A stretch of 64,000 bases of DNA. Origin: Acidobacteriota bacterium. Its GTDB lineage: Bacteria > Acidobacteriota > UBA6911 > RPQK01 > JAJDTT01. Below are positions 10,148 through 18,494 of this stretch, piece after piece. Numbering within the stretch: position 1 is the stretch's first letter; each line of letters starts with the position of its first letter. The position numbers and the translations under genes are program-made. The stretch spans positions 4,384,001-4,448,000 of the forward strand of contig OZ253580.1 of assembly GCA_965263035.1 (NCBI GenBank). The letters run 5' to 3'. The notes under the pieces are model-generated. The model did no database searches. It was not told where the DNA came from and saw nothing but the letters and a program-made list of their open reading frames with translations.

Positions 10148-10960
10148 ATGCCAGTCAAACGCTCTCGCAAGCTGGGTATCTTGCTGGTCTTTGCCGGACG
10201 TTTTCTGGGGACGGGTTTCATGATCTTGGCGCTCCTGATGGCGCTTCGACATGCGTCTTACTCTTCCCCGGGAGCGACGCTTTTCGGCCTTCGGGATATT
10301 CGCTTCGAGGGGACCGAGCATCTCTCCTGGCAGAAACTGAAGTCGTTCATGCTTGAGACCTATTCGGGAAACATCCTGCGGATCGACCTGGAACAGCTCA
10401 AGGATCTGGTGGAATCCGAGTCCTGGGTGAGGACGGCGACCGTGCGCCGCCAGCTGGCCGGACAGCTCATCGTCCGGGTCCGGGAGCGTGTTCCGGTGGC
10501 CGTTGCCGCTATCGACCAGGATCTCTACATCGTCGACGAAGAGGGAGTCGTGTTGGATCGTTACGGATCCAGCCACGTGCAATTGGATGGGCCGATTCTG
10601 AAGGGCCTTGGGAACATTGCCCGGGAGAACCCTTCCGCTACCCGGGATAATCTCGAGAAGATGGGAATCTTTTCCAGATTGATGTCCGATCTGAGTTCTT
10701 CCGAAGGGGACTATACCCGCTCCATATCAGAAGTTTTGCTGGCGGACCCGGATCGGGTTGCCATCGTCAGGGAGGACGATCCGGTCCCCATCTACCTGGG
10801 AAGCGGCCGTTTCCGGGAGCGGTATGAGAACTTTCTGGCCCAGCAGGACATTTACCGGCAACTGAAGAAGGAGTATGGCCACATCGAATATATCGACGTC
10901 TCCTTTGAAAACAAGATCATATTTCATACTCCGGGCGAGTCTCGCGAAAGGAGCACCTGA
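10148..10960 (+). CDS. ftsQ: Cell division protein FtsQ/DivIB (POTRA domain)
   Basis: N-terminal TM helix; POTRA-like ..WVRTATVRRQL..VRVRERVPVA; YIDV C-terminus; position between murC and ftsA. Confidence 0.85.
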   Translation: MPVKRSRKLGILLVFAGRFLGTGFMILALLMALRHASYSSPGATLFGLRDIRFEGTEHLSWQKLKSFMLETYSGNILRIDLEQLKDLVESESWVRTATVRRQLAGQLIVRVRERVPVAVAAIDQDLYIVDEEGVVLDRYGSSHVQLDGPILKGLGNIARENPSATRDNLEKMGIFSRLMSDLSSSEGDYTRSISEVLLADPDRVAIVREDDPVPIYLGSGRFRERYENFLAQQDIYRQLKKEYGHIEYIDVSFENKIIFHTPGESRERST

Positions 10961-11023
10961 TCACAGATCCCGAACTGGCTTGAGCCGGAGAATCGCCATC
11001 GGGGCTTGGATGGAACCAAATCG

Positions 11024-12262
11024 ATGAGGAAGAAAACGCTGGTCGGAGTCGATGTCGGAACTACCAAGATCTGTTCCGTCATCGCACGAGTGGAGCAGGA
11101 CAGTTTCCGGGTCGCCGGTGTGGGCGTCAGTCCATCGACCGGACTCAAGAAGGGCGTGGTCGTCAATCTGACGGAGACCATCGAGAGTGTGAAGAGATCG
11201 CTCGACCAGGCGGAGCAGGACGCGCAAGTTGGGGTCGATTCGGTTTTCGTGAGCGTCGGCGGGGTCCATGTCCAGGGCCTCAACCGGTCCGGCAAGACCG
11301 AGATCAGGAGCAAGACCGGCGAGATCGACAAGGACGACATCAATCGAGCGCTGGCCGACGCCAAATCGATTCAACTCCCCCGGGATTACGAGATCATTCA
11401 CATGCTGACCCAGGGCTTTACCGTGGATGGCCAGGGACACACGAAGGATCCACTCGGTCTGGTCGGCCGTCGTCTCTCCGTCAATCTGCACCTGGTGCTC
11501 AACGCTGCTGCCGCACTTCAAAACGTCGTCAACGCCGTCAACAAGGTCGGCGTGGGTGTGAACGGCGTGGTGATGCAACAGTTGGCATCCGCCGAGGCCG
11601 TGCTGGCCGAAGATGAAAAGGAACTCGGCGTCATCCTCTTGGATATAGGCGGGGGAACGACTGACTTCGCATTTTACCGGCTGGGGAGCATCTGGGAGTC
11701 GGCGGTCCTGCCCATAGGAGGAGACCTGGTCACCAAGGACATCGCCATCGGGCTCAAGGTGACCCTGGAAGAGGCGGAGCGACTCAAGAAGGATCAAGGA
11801 ACGGTCTTCCCCGAGCGGGTGGATTCGGAAGCAGTGCTCGAGGTCCGCGAGATCGGGACCGGTCGCCCCCGGACTCTCCTCTACCGGGATCTGTGCCGAG
11901 TGATTCAGGCTCGCTGCCAGGAGATTCTGCTTGAAGTGCGGAAGCTGGTGGATGAGATCCACATGCGCAGGGAAATGCTGACCGGTGTGGTGCTCACCGG
12001 CGGGGGAGCGCTGATGGATGGGCTGGCGGAACAGGCCGAGGAGATCCTGGAGATGCCGGCTCGCGTGGGCTACCCCATGCCCATGGAATCGGAGAAGGAA
12101 TTGGCCTTCGATCCATCCCACGCAACCGCTCTGGGTCTTTTGAGATACGCATTGGAGATGCATAGCATAGGGTCGGGCAATGGTGCCGGGACGATGTTGC
12201 CGGAACCCACCAGAGCCAGGCGGGGTGGCCTGATGAACTGGTTCTTTCGCAAGATCACGTAG
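11024..12262 (+). CDS. ftsA: Cell division protein FtsA
   Basis: GVDVGTTKI, GLKKGVVVN, LDIGGGTTD, VLTGGGA, C-terminal amphipathic GLMNWFFRKI. Confidence 0.96.
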   Translation: MRKKTLVGVDVGTTKICSVIARVEQDSFRVAGVGVSPSTGLKKGVVVNLTETIESVKRSLDQAEQDAQVGVDSVFVSVGGVHVQGLNRSGKTEIRSKTGEIDKDDINRALADAKSIQLPRDYEIIHMLTQGFTVDGQGHTKDPLGLVGRRLSVNLHLVLNAAAALQNVVNAVNKVGVGVNGVVMQQLASAEAVLAEDEKELGVILLDIGGGTTDFAFYRLGSIWESAVLPIGGDLVTKDIAIGLKVTLEEAERLKKDQGTVFPERVDSEAVLEVREIGTGRPRTLLYRDLCRVIQARCQEILLEVRKLVDEIHMRREMLTGVVLTGGGALMDGLAEQAEEILEMPARVGYPMPMESEKELAFDPSHATALGLLRYALEMHSIGSGNGAGTMLPEPTRARRGGLMNWFFRKIT

Positions 12263-12359
12263 CGGTTGAAGGTCGCCGGCGGCACCCGGTCGAGTGCCGC
12301 GGCAAATATGCCACGATCCTGTAGGTAATTGGTGCGAAGATTCGTCTGGGAGGCAACCC

Positions 12360-13517
12360 ATGGACCATCCGGAATTCGACGATAACGGCAGCGTGAAATG
12401 GGTTTTTGAAGACGACTTGGGGAGTGAGGCCCGTATCAAGGTCATCGGTGTGGGCGGCGGGGGCGGAAACGCCGTCAATCGCATGGTCCGGATGGGTGTC
12501 CAAGGTGTCGACTTCATAGCCGCCAACACCGACCTTCAGGCGCTCAGGCAGTCGAAAGCAGGGGTCAGGATCCAACTCGGCAACAAGATCACGAAGGGGC
12601 TGGGAGCCGGCTCGAACCCTGAAATCGGCCGGCAGGCCGCCTTGGAGGATACCGAGCGGATCCTGGATCTGCTGGAGGGCTCGGACATGGTCTTCGTGAC
12701 CGCAGGGCTCGGGGGCGGCACCGGAACTGGCGGAGCGCCCCTAATCGCGGACTTGGCTCGTCAATTGGGAGCTCTCACCGTGGCCGTAGTGACGACCCCT
12801 TTCGTTTTCGAGGGCCGACGGAGAACGCAGCAGGCGCAACGGGGTCTGGAGGAACTGAAGGAGAACGCGGACACGGTCGTCACGGTGCCCAACGAGCGGC
12901 TGTTGGATGCCTTGGCTCCCGGCACACCGCTGGCCGACGCCTTCGCCTATGCCGACGACATCCTCTGCCAAGCGGTTCAGGGAATCGCCGACCTCATCAA
13001 TGTGCCCGGGTTCATCAATTTGGACTTCGCCGATATCAAGACCATCATGAGCAGCACTGGACTGGCTCTGATGGGTACCGGCCTGGGGGAAGGGGCAGAT
13101 CGGGCGATAACGGCCGCCACCAGCGCGGTGAGCAGTCCCTTGTTGGACGACGCTACCATCCAGGGCGCCCAGGGCGTTCTCATCAACATCACGGCCGGCG
13201 AAAGTCTCACTCTGCACGAGGTCAACGAAGCCAGCGGCCTGATCCAGAATGCAGCCGATCCCAACGCCAACATCATCTTCGGTTCGGTGCTGGACCAGAA
13301 CATGGGGGACCGGATCAAGATCACTGTGATCGCCACTGGGTTCAGCGACTCGACAGGCGAGCGAAAAGGCCAGGCCGCCAACGCCGCCGGAGACAGTCGC
13401 GGAGAGTCCTTCTCCTCGGACCGGCCCGACGGCAAGCCCATCGCCGTTCCCCCGATCCCGGTCATGAGCCGGGAAATGGACGTGCCGGCCATTCTTCGTC
13501 AGGGGCGAAGAGACTGA
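12360..13517 (+). CDS. ftsZ: Cell division protein FtsZ
   Basis: [24 protein letters not shown] tubulin signature, [10 protein letters not shown]-terminal DVPAILR. Confidence 0.98.
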   Translation: MDHPEFDDNGSVKWVFEDDLGSEARIKVIGVGGGGGNAVNRMVRMGVQGVDFIAANTDLQALRQSKAGVRIQLGNKITKGLGAGSNPEIGRQAALEDTERILDLLEGSDMVFVTAGLGGGTGTGGAPLIADLARQLGALTVAVVTTPFVFEGRRRTQQAQRGLEELKENADTVVTVPNERLLDALAPGTPLADAFAYADDILCQAVQGIADLINVPGFINLDFADIKTIMSSTGLALMGTGLGEGADRAITAATSAVSSPLLDDATIQGAQGVLINITAGESLTLHEVNEASGLIQNAADPNANIIFGSVLDQNMGDRIKITVIATGFSDSTGERKGQAANAAGDSRGESFSSDRPDGKPIAVPPIPVMSREMDVPAILRQGRRD

Positions 13518-13541
13518 AGGAGGGGCGATTTCCAATCGCCC
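13518..13541 (+). repeat. REP-like palindrome, family B (AGGAGGGGCGATTTCCAATCGCCC) directly after the ftsZ stop
   Basis: GGGCGATT/AATCGCCC stem; second copy at 38777-38801 with a compensatory change. Confidence 0.7.
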
Positions 13542-13577
13542 ACGCTTACATTCTTCGTCTTGCTCCGATTTGGACGG

Positions 13578-13606
13578 AAGAGGGCGCCCACAAGGGGCGT
13601 CCCTAC
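13578..13606 (-). repeat. REP-like palindrome, family A copy 2; its TAG is the NUDIX gene stop
   Basis: Reverse complement GTAGGGACGCCCCTTGTGGGCGCCCTCTT. Confidence 0.8.
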
Positions 13607-14022
13607 GTGTTTCTCGTCATTTCCCCAAGTTTCCGGACGATTGAGTCGTTGGCCGGTGGGAACCGGTAGGAAGAGACATCGGTCAAATCGACCCAACGAC
13701 CTTGGCTCAGGGACGGCGGCGACGGTAGCCGGCACAGAAAGAACCGGATATCGACCGTCTGCTCCGGGTAGCAATAGCTGGCTCTGCCATACAACTCCAC
13801 CGGGTATTCGGACAGGTCCAGGCCCAATTCCTCCCGGACTTCCCGTCTCAGGCCGGCCCGCACGCTTTCCCCCGGCTTCAGCTTCCCGCCCGGGAATTCC
13901 CAGCAGCCCATGAGGCTGTCCCGGGTCCGGCGCGATTGGATCCAGACCCGACCCTGGGACAGGAGAATGGCAACGGCCACGTCCACGCGGGGGGACGCCG
14001 CCGCTTTGGGCGGCCGGGTCAC
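13603..14022 (-). CDS. MutT-like NUDIX hydrolase (8-oxo-dGTP diphosphatase family)
   Basis: WEFPGGKLKPGESVRAGLRREVREELGL NUDIX box; FPPAN C-terminus; GTG start overlapping the upstream TGA. Confidence 0.88.
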   Translation of the reverse strand: MTRPPKAAASPRVDVAVAILLSQGRVWIQSRRTRDSLMGCWEFPGGKLKPGESVRAGLRREVREELGLDLSEYPVELYGRASYCYPEQTVDIRFFLCRLPSPPSLSQGRWVDLTDVSSYRFPPANDSIVRKLGEMTRNT

Positions 14023-15104
14023 CTGATCCGGCCTCTGGCCTCCACGGCCCACTCCTCCAGGACCTCCTGGCCCCGGTATGGGAAGATCGCATCGTGGAGA
14101 TTGACGGCGCCACAGATGTGGTTGGGGATGATCCGGAGCCGTTGTCCTACCTCGAGGCGCACGTCCGGCGGGAGCTTCAGAAATCCGTGCTCCTCATTCA
14201 TGAAGAAAAGGGTCATCTCCGGGTAGCCCTTGACCAGCCCGTAGCCTTTCCGTGTGCCCGGACCCAGCGGGTCGTTGGAGAAGGTCTTGGAACCGCCGTC
14301 GACGATGACTCGTCCGGGGACGGCGTTGCTGATGACGGTGACCAGCAGCGAGGCCGCACACTGTTCTTCGGTGCAGGTCTTCCACTCCAAGGTGTTGCGG
14401 TCGTTGAAGATATAGGTTCCCGGACGCATCTCGTCCAGGCCCGGAATCTGGTGGCAGTAAGGCGCGGACGGAGTGCTCCCGCCCGAGATCCTGGGGACGG
14501 GGAACTTCTCGGCCGCGAAGAGCTCCAGGACCCGTTGCAGGTCGTTGACCAGCTTCTCGACGCTATCGGTATTGCCGTCGAAGTCGGGGTGGACATGGCC
14601 CGGATAGAACATGAGCCCTTCGAAGTCGAGGCCGGGAGTGGCTTCGATGAGACGGGCGAGACGGACCGCCTCCGGACCGGGCGGGACCCCGCAGCGGCGG
14701 GCTCCCAGATCGACCTCCACGTAGACCGGGATCCGGCCGCCGTCGGCGGCGCGGCCGGTCGTGGCGACGGCCTCTTCCGAGTCGAGGCTGACCGATACTC
14801 GAGCCCGCTCCAGCACGGCCCGGAGGCGCCGGGCCTTGCTCTCGCCGATGGGAGGATAGGCGAGCATCAGGTCATCCAACCCGGCTTCGCTCATGACTTC
14901 GGCCTCGCCCAGCTTGGCGACGGTGATGCCGCAGGCTCCCAATTCCACCTGCTGCCGCGCCAAACGAGGCATCTTGTGGGTCTTGATGTGAGGCCGTAGA
15001 GCGATACCGTGCAGCTCGGCGTAAGCCGCCATCCTCCTGAGATTGTCCTCCACGACCTCCACGTCGATGATCATTGCGGGTGTTTCCAAATCATCGAGTT
15101 TCAT
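14019..15104 (-). CDS. PLP-dependent D-threonine aldolase / D-serine dehydratase (DSD1-like, alanine racemase fold) family enzyme
   Basis: LETPAMIID, LRPHIKTHK, AKLGEAE, RCGV, GGSTP, RPGTYIFND, EEHG, IPNHIC; GGAGGT RBS. Confidence 0.88.
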   Translation of the reverse strand: MKLDDLETPAMIIDVEVVEDNLRRMAAYAELHGIALRPHIKTHKMPRLARQQVELGACGITVAKLGEAEVMSEAGLDDLMLAYPPIGESKARRLRAVLERARVSVSLDSEEAVATTGRAADGGRIPVYVEVDLGARRCGVPPGPEAVRLARLIEATPGLDFEGLMFYPGHVHPDFDGNTDSVEKLVNDLQRVLELFAAEKFPVPRISGGSTPSAPYCHQIPGLDEMRPGTYIFNDRNTLEWKTCTEEQCAASLLVTVISNAVPGRVIVDGGSKTFSNDPLGPGTRKGYGLVKGYPEMTLFFMNEEHGFLKLPPDVRLEVGQRLRIIPNHICGAVNLHDAIFPYRGQEVLEEWAVEARGRIR

Positions 15105-15130
15105 GACGGCTACCTCCGGATATGATCTCA

Positions 15131-15736
15131 CTACTCGGGCATGATTCGGACTCTTCGACCCTCGACTCGGACCCGTTTCTGGCAGACCAGCTCCAGAGCT
15201 TCGGGGTAGATCTGGTGCTCGTTCACCAGGATTCGAGCGGAGAGGCTCTCCTCGGTGTCGCCTGCTTCGACGGGAACCGGGTGTTGGAGGATGATGGCGC
15301 CATGGTCCAGCTCCTCGTCCACGAAGTGTACGGTACAGCCGGTCACCTTGGCGCCCCACTCCAAGGCTTGGCGCTGAGCATGCAGTCCCGGAAAGGCCGG
15401 GAGGAGTGAAGGATGGATGTTGAGAATCCGAAGTGGGTACTGTTTCACCAGTTCGGGGCCGAGAATACGCATGAACCCGGCCAGGCAGACGAGATTCACC
15501 TGGGCCGATTTCAACTCACGGGCCAGCAGGCGGCTGTAGGCGTCTCGCCCCAGACCCTTGGACGGGACGCAGACGGCTGTGTAGTTGCGCTCTCTGGCCA
15601 GTTCCAGACCCGCGGCCGACGCCCGGTTGGAGAGGACGAGGGAGATCCGGGCCGGTATTCGTCCCTCTTCAATGGCGTCGGACAGAGCCCGGAAGTTGGA
15701 GCCTCGGCCGCTGATGAGAATACCGACGTTGTTCAT
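15131..15736 (-). CDS. purN: Phosphoribosylglycinamide formyltransferase
   Basis: ILISGRGSNF, LAGFMRIL, NIHPSLLPAFPGL, GCTVHFVDEELDHGAII. Confidence 0.97.
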   Translation of the reverse strand: MNNVGILISGRGSNFRALSDAIEEGRIPARISLVLSNRASAAGLELARERNYTAVCVPSKGLGRDAYSRLLARELKSAQVNLVCLAGFMRILGPELVKQYPLRILNIHPSLLPAFPGLHAQRQALEWGAKVTGCTVHFVDEELDHGAIILQHPVPVEAGDTEESLSARILVNEHQIYPEALELVCQKRVRVEGRRVRIMPE

Positions 15737-16755
15737 CTGTATTCGACCTTCCCCTCTCCCTCCCCGATTTCCCCAACCAGGACGCACCTTTCCCCGGCCC
15801 GTTCCAGCTCCCTCATGACCGTTTCGATACCGTTCCGGTCCACGACCAGGATCATGCCCAGACCCAGATTGAAGGTCCGGTACATTTCGGCCTCTTCCAC
15901 CCGTCCCAGTTCCTGAATCAGGCGAAAGATGGGGAGATTCTCCCAGCTACCCCGGCGGACTCGAGCGTCCAGGCCCGGAGGAAGCACTCGAGCCAAATTG
16001 TCCGTGATACCGCCGCCGGTGATGTGCGCCACGGCGTGGAGAGCGTCCTGCCCCAAGAGTCTCCGGAGCACCGGGAGATAATTTCGGTGGGGGATCAGCA
16101 ACTCTTCTCCCAGGGTTTTCCCCAGGGCCTCGACGTGGGTGTCGACGCTCATGCTCTCCTGCTCAAAGAAGAGTTTGCGGACCAGGGAATAGCCGTTGGT
16201 GTGAAGTCCGGAAGAGGGGAGTCCCACCAGCAGGTCCCCCTGGCGGACCCGACTCCTGTTGGGGACCCTGGATTCGTCCGCCATCCCCACGATGAACCCG
16301 GCAAGGTCATATTCTCCCTCCCGGTAGAAGTCGGGCATTTCGGCGGTCTCTCCACCCAGCAGAACGCAGCCGGCCTCCCGGCAGCCTTCGACCAGCCCCC
16401 TTACCACCTCCCGGACCACCTGCGGTTCGAGCTTTCCGGTGGCGATGTAGTCGAGAAAGAAAAGGGGACGGGCCCCATGGACCAGGATGTCGTTGGTACA
16501 GTGAGCCACCAGGTCCATTCCCACGGTTCCATGTATGCCGGTCAGGAAGGCGATCTTGAGCTTGGTGCCCACTCCGTCGGCGCTGGAGACCAGTATCGGT
16601 CTCTCCAGTTCGTGGAAGTCGGGCCGGTAGAGACCCGAGAAGGTCCCGAAATCGGTCAAGACCCGGGAGTCGAAAGTGGACTGGACCAGACCCCGAATCC
16701 CGGCGTAGGCCCGGTTGGCGGCATCCACGTCCACCCCGGCGTCGCGATACCTCAT
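15733..16755 (-). CDS. purM: Phosphoribosylformylglycinamidine cyclo-ligase (AIR synthetase)
   Basis: YRDAGVD, DGVGTKL, PLFFLDY, GGETAEMP, SSGLHTNGYSL, HITGGG, TFNLGLGM. Confidence 0.97.
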   Translation of the reverse strand: MRYRDAGVDVDAANRAYAGIRGLVQSTFDSRVLTDFGTFSGLYRPDFHELERPILVSSADGVGTKLKIAFLTGIHGTVGMDLVAHCTNDILVHGARPLFFLDYIATGKLEPQVVREVVRGLVEGCREAGCVLLGGETAEMPDFYREGEYDLAGFIVGMADESRVPNRSRVRQGDLLVGLPSSGLHTNGYSLVRKLFFEQESMSVDTHVEALGKTLGEELLIPHRNYLPVLRRLLGQDALHAVAHITGGGITDNLARVLPPGLDARVRRGSWENLPIFRLIQELGRVEEAEMYRTFNLGLGMILVVDRNGIETVMRELERAGERCVLVGEIGEGEGKVEYR

Positions 16756-18182
16756 TTCACCGGAGGGTTCTGAGCCATTCCGCTACCGGCCAGTTCGAAC
16801 AGCTGTTTCTGGCCCGAATCTCGAGTGGGCGGGATGGGGTATTTCTGGTCGAAACAGGCCGCACAGAAGTTCCCCCGATCGGACACGGATTCCTTCATGC
16901 CCTCCAGGGAGAGGTAGGCGAGACTGTCGGCTCCTACGTGCTTGCGGATCCCCTCGACGGTGTTGTTGGAAGCGATGAGTTCGGCGTGAGTCGGCGTGTC
17001 GATGCCGTAATAGCAGGGTGAGACGGTGGGCGGGGAACTGACGCGCAGGTGGACCTCGGTGGCGCCCGCCGCGCGGACCATTTCAACGATCTTGCGGCTC
17101 GTCGTTCCCCGAACCACCGAGTCGTCGCAGAGGACGACCCTCTTCCCCGACAGCAGTTCCCGGATGGGGTTCAGCTTGACCTTGACGCCGAAATGCCGGA
17201 TGGATTGCTTGGGTTCGATGAAGGTCCTGCCCACATAGTGATTGCGGATCAGACCGAACTGGAAGGGAATGCCCGACTCCTTGGCATAGCCCACGGCGGC
17301 CGTGACGCCCGAATCCGGAACCGGGACCACCACGTCCGCGTCGGCCGGGGCCTCACGGGCCAGCCGGCGGCCCATCCGGTAGCGGGCTCCGTGGACGCTC
17401 TGCCCGAAGACCCGGCTGTCCGGCCGGCTGAAATAGACTTGCTCGAAGATGCAGAAGGCGTGGCGCGACGCGTCGGGTTGCCGAAAGGAATGGAGCGAAC
17501 CGTCCTGGATTCGCAAGATCTCGCCCGGTTCGACATCCCGCAGATAGCGTGCCCCGATCAGGTCGAAGGCGCAGGTCTCGGAGGCGACCACGTACGCTTC
17601 CTCCAACTGGCCCAGGCAGAGCGGACGCACGCCCATGGGGTCCCGGATGGCGTAAATGCAATCCGGACGCTGCAATAGCATGGAGTAGGCGCCCCGGATG
17701 ACCTGGAGGATCTCCAGCAGGGCGTCGTCCAGATTCTTAGTCGGACAGCGAGCCAGAAGATGGAGGATGACTTCGGTGTCGCTGGTGGACTGGAAGATGG
17801 CCCCTTCCGCTTCCAGGTTCCGTCTCAGCGACCCGGTGTTGACGATGTTCCCGTTGTGGGCCAGGGCGACGGGTCCGCGCCAGGATTGGGTGACGATGGG
17901 CTGGGCGTTGGCCAGCAGGTTCTCACCCATGGTGGAGTAGCGGACGTGGGCCGTAGCCGACAGGCCCGGCAGCCTTTCCAGCTTCTCGTCGCTGAAGACC
18001 TCGGCGACGTAGCCCAGGCCCCTTTCCTGGTGCAGCCGCGTCCCGTCGGAGGAGACGATTCCGGCCGACTCCTGGCCTCGATGCTGGAGGGCGTAGAGTC
18101 CCAAATAGGCGTGACGGGCCGCCTCAGGGTGAGAGGCGATGCCAAAGACACCGCACTCGTCGTGAAACTTGTCCTCATGCAT
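16752..18182 (-). CDS. purF: Amidophosphoribosyltransferase
   Basis: Propeptide followed by ECGVFG, LQHRGQESAG, HVRYST, CIFEQVYFSRPDS, DDSVVRGTTS, CYYGID, FCAACF (Fe-S type). Confidence 0.97.
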   Translation of the reverse strand: MHEDKFHDECGVFGIASHPEAARHAYLGLYALQHRGQESAGIVSSDGTRLHQERGLGYVAEVFSDEKLERLPGLSATAHVRYSTMGENLLANAQPIVTQSWRGPVALAHNGNIVNTGSLRRNLEAEGAIFQSTSDTEVILHLLARCPTKNLDDALLEILQVIRGAYSMLLQRPDCIYAIRDPMGVRPLCLGQLEEAYVVASETCAFDLIGARYLRDVEPGEILRIQDGSLHSFRQPDASRHAFCIFEQVYFSRPDSRVFGQSVHGARYRMGRRLAREAPADADVVVPVPDSGVTAAVGYAKESGIPFQFGLIRNHYVGRTFIEPKQSIRHFGVKVKLNPIRELLSGKRVVLCDDSVVRGTTSRKIVEMVRAAGATEVHLRVSSPPTVSPCYYGIDTPTHAELIASNNTVEGIRKHVGADSLAYLSLEGMKESVSDRGNFCAACFDQKYPIPPTRDSGQKQLFELAGSGMAQNPPVK

Positions 18183-18234
18183 GGACTTCTGCGTTTTCGG
18201 AAGGGTCCGCGCGGAGGCTGACCTCCACGGCGGC

Positions 18235-18263
18235 AATATATTCCCCTGCGGACGGCAAATCAA
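18235..18263 (-). promoter_or_regulatory. Putative sigma70 promoter of the purF operon (TTGATT-N17-TATATT)
   Basis: Near-consensus -35 and -10 with 17-nt spacer about 50 nt upstream of purF ATG. Confidence 0.55.
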
Positions 18264-18267
18264 TATG

Positions 18268-18320
18268 GAAGATGAGGAGAGAGTAAAGAGGAGTGAGAAG
18301 TGGGAGAAGAATGAGGAAGG
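18268..18320 (+). repeat. Degenerate purine-rich heptamer-like tract between divergent purF and TonB receptor genes
   Basis: GATGAGGAGAGAGTAAAGAGGAGTGAGAAGTGGGAGAAGAATGAGGAAG; shares AAAGAGGAGTGAG with 8727-8758. Confidence 0.5.
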
Positions 18321-18391
18321 GGGCGGGGCAAGGAGGGTTTCGTTTTTCTTTGGGAAATGCTGTCGGCTCGCGAAAATAGATGGATTCCAGG

Positions 18392-18420
18392 TTGACAGGG
18401 GTCTAGGAAATGGCCAAAAT
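18392..18420 (+). promoter_or_regulatory. Putative sigma70 promoter of TonB receptor gene (TTGACA-N17-CAAAAT)
   Basis: Perfect -35, 17-nt spacer, 4/6 match to -10. Confidence 0.4.
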
Positions 18421-18494
18421 GCCGATGTTGACCCAGGCTATTTCGGAAGGAATGGTGTATCCCAGGCTCAACTAACCAAACGTAGGGGGTCTTG

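Noticed and set aside
18183-18234. Possible purine, ZTP or PRPP riboswitch in the purF leader
   Set aside because: The predicted leader is only about 45 nt with one small hairpin and has no aptamer consensus
18387-18472. Repeated CCAGG(C/T)T and GTTGAC words upstream of the TonB receptor as operator sites
   Set aside because: Short, irregularly spaced and no regulator nearby; insufficient support
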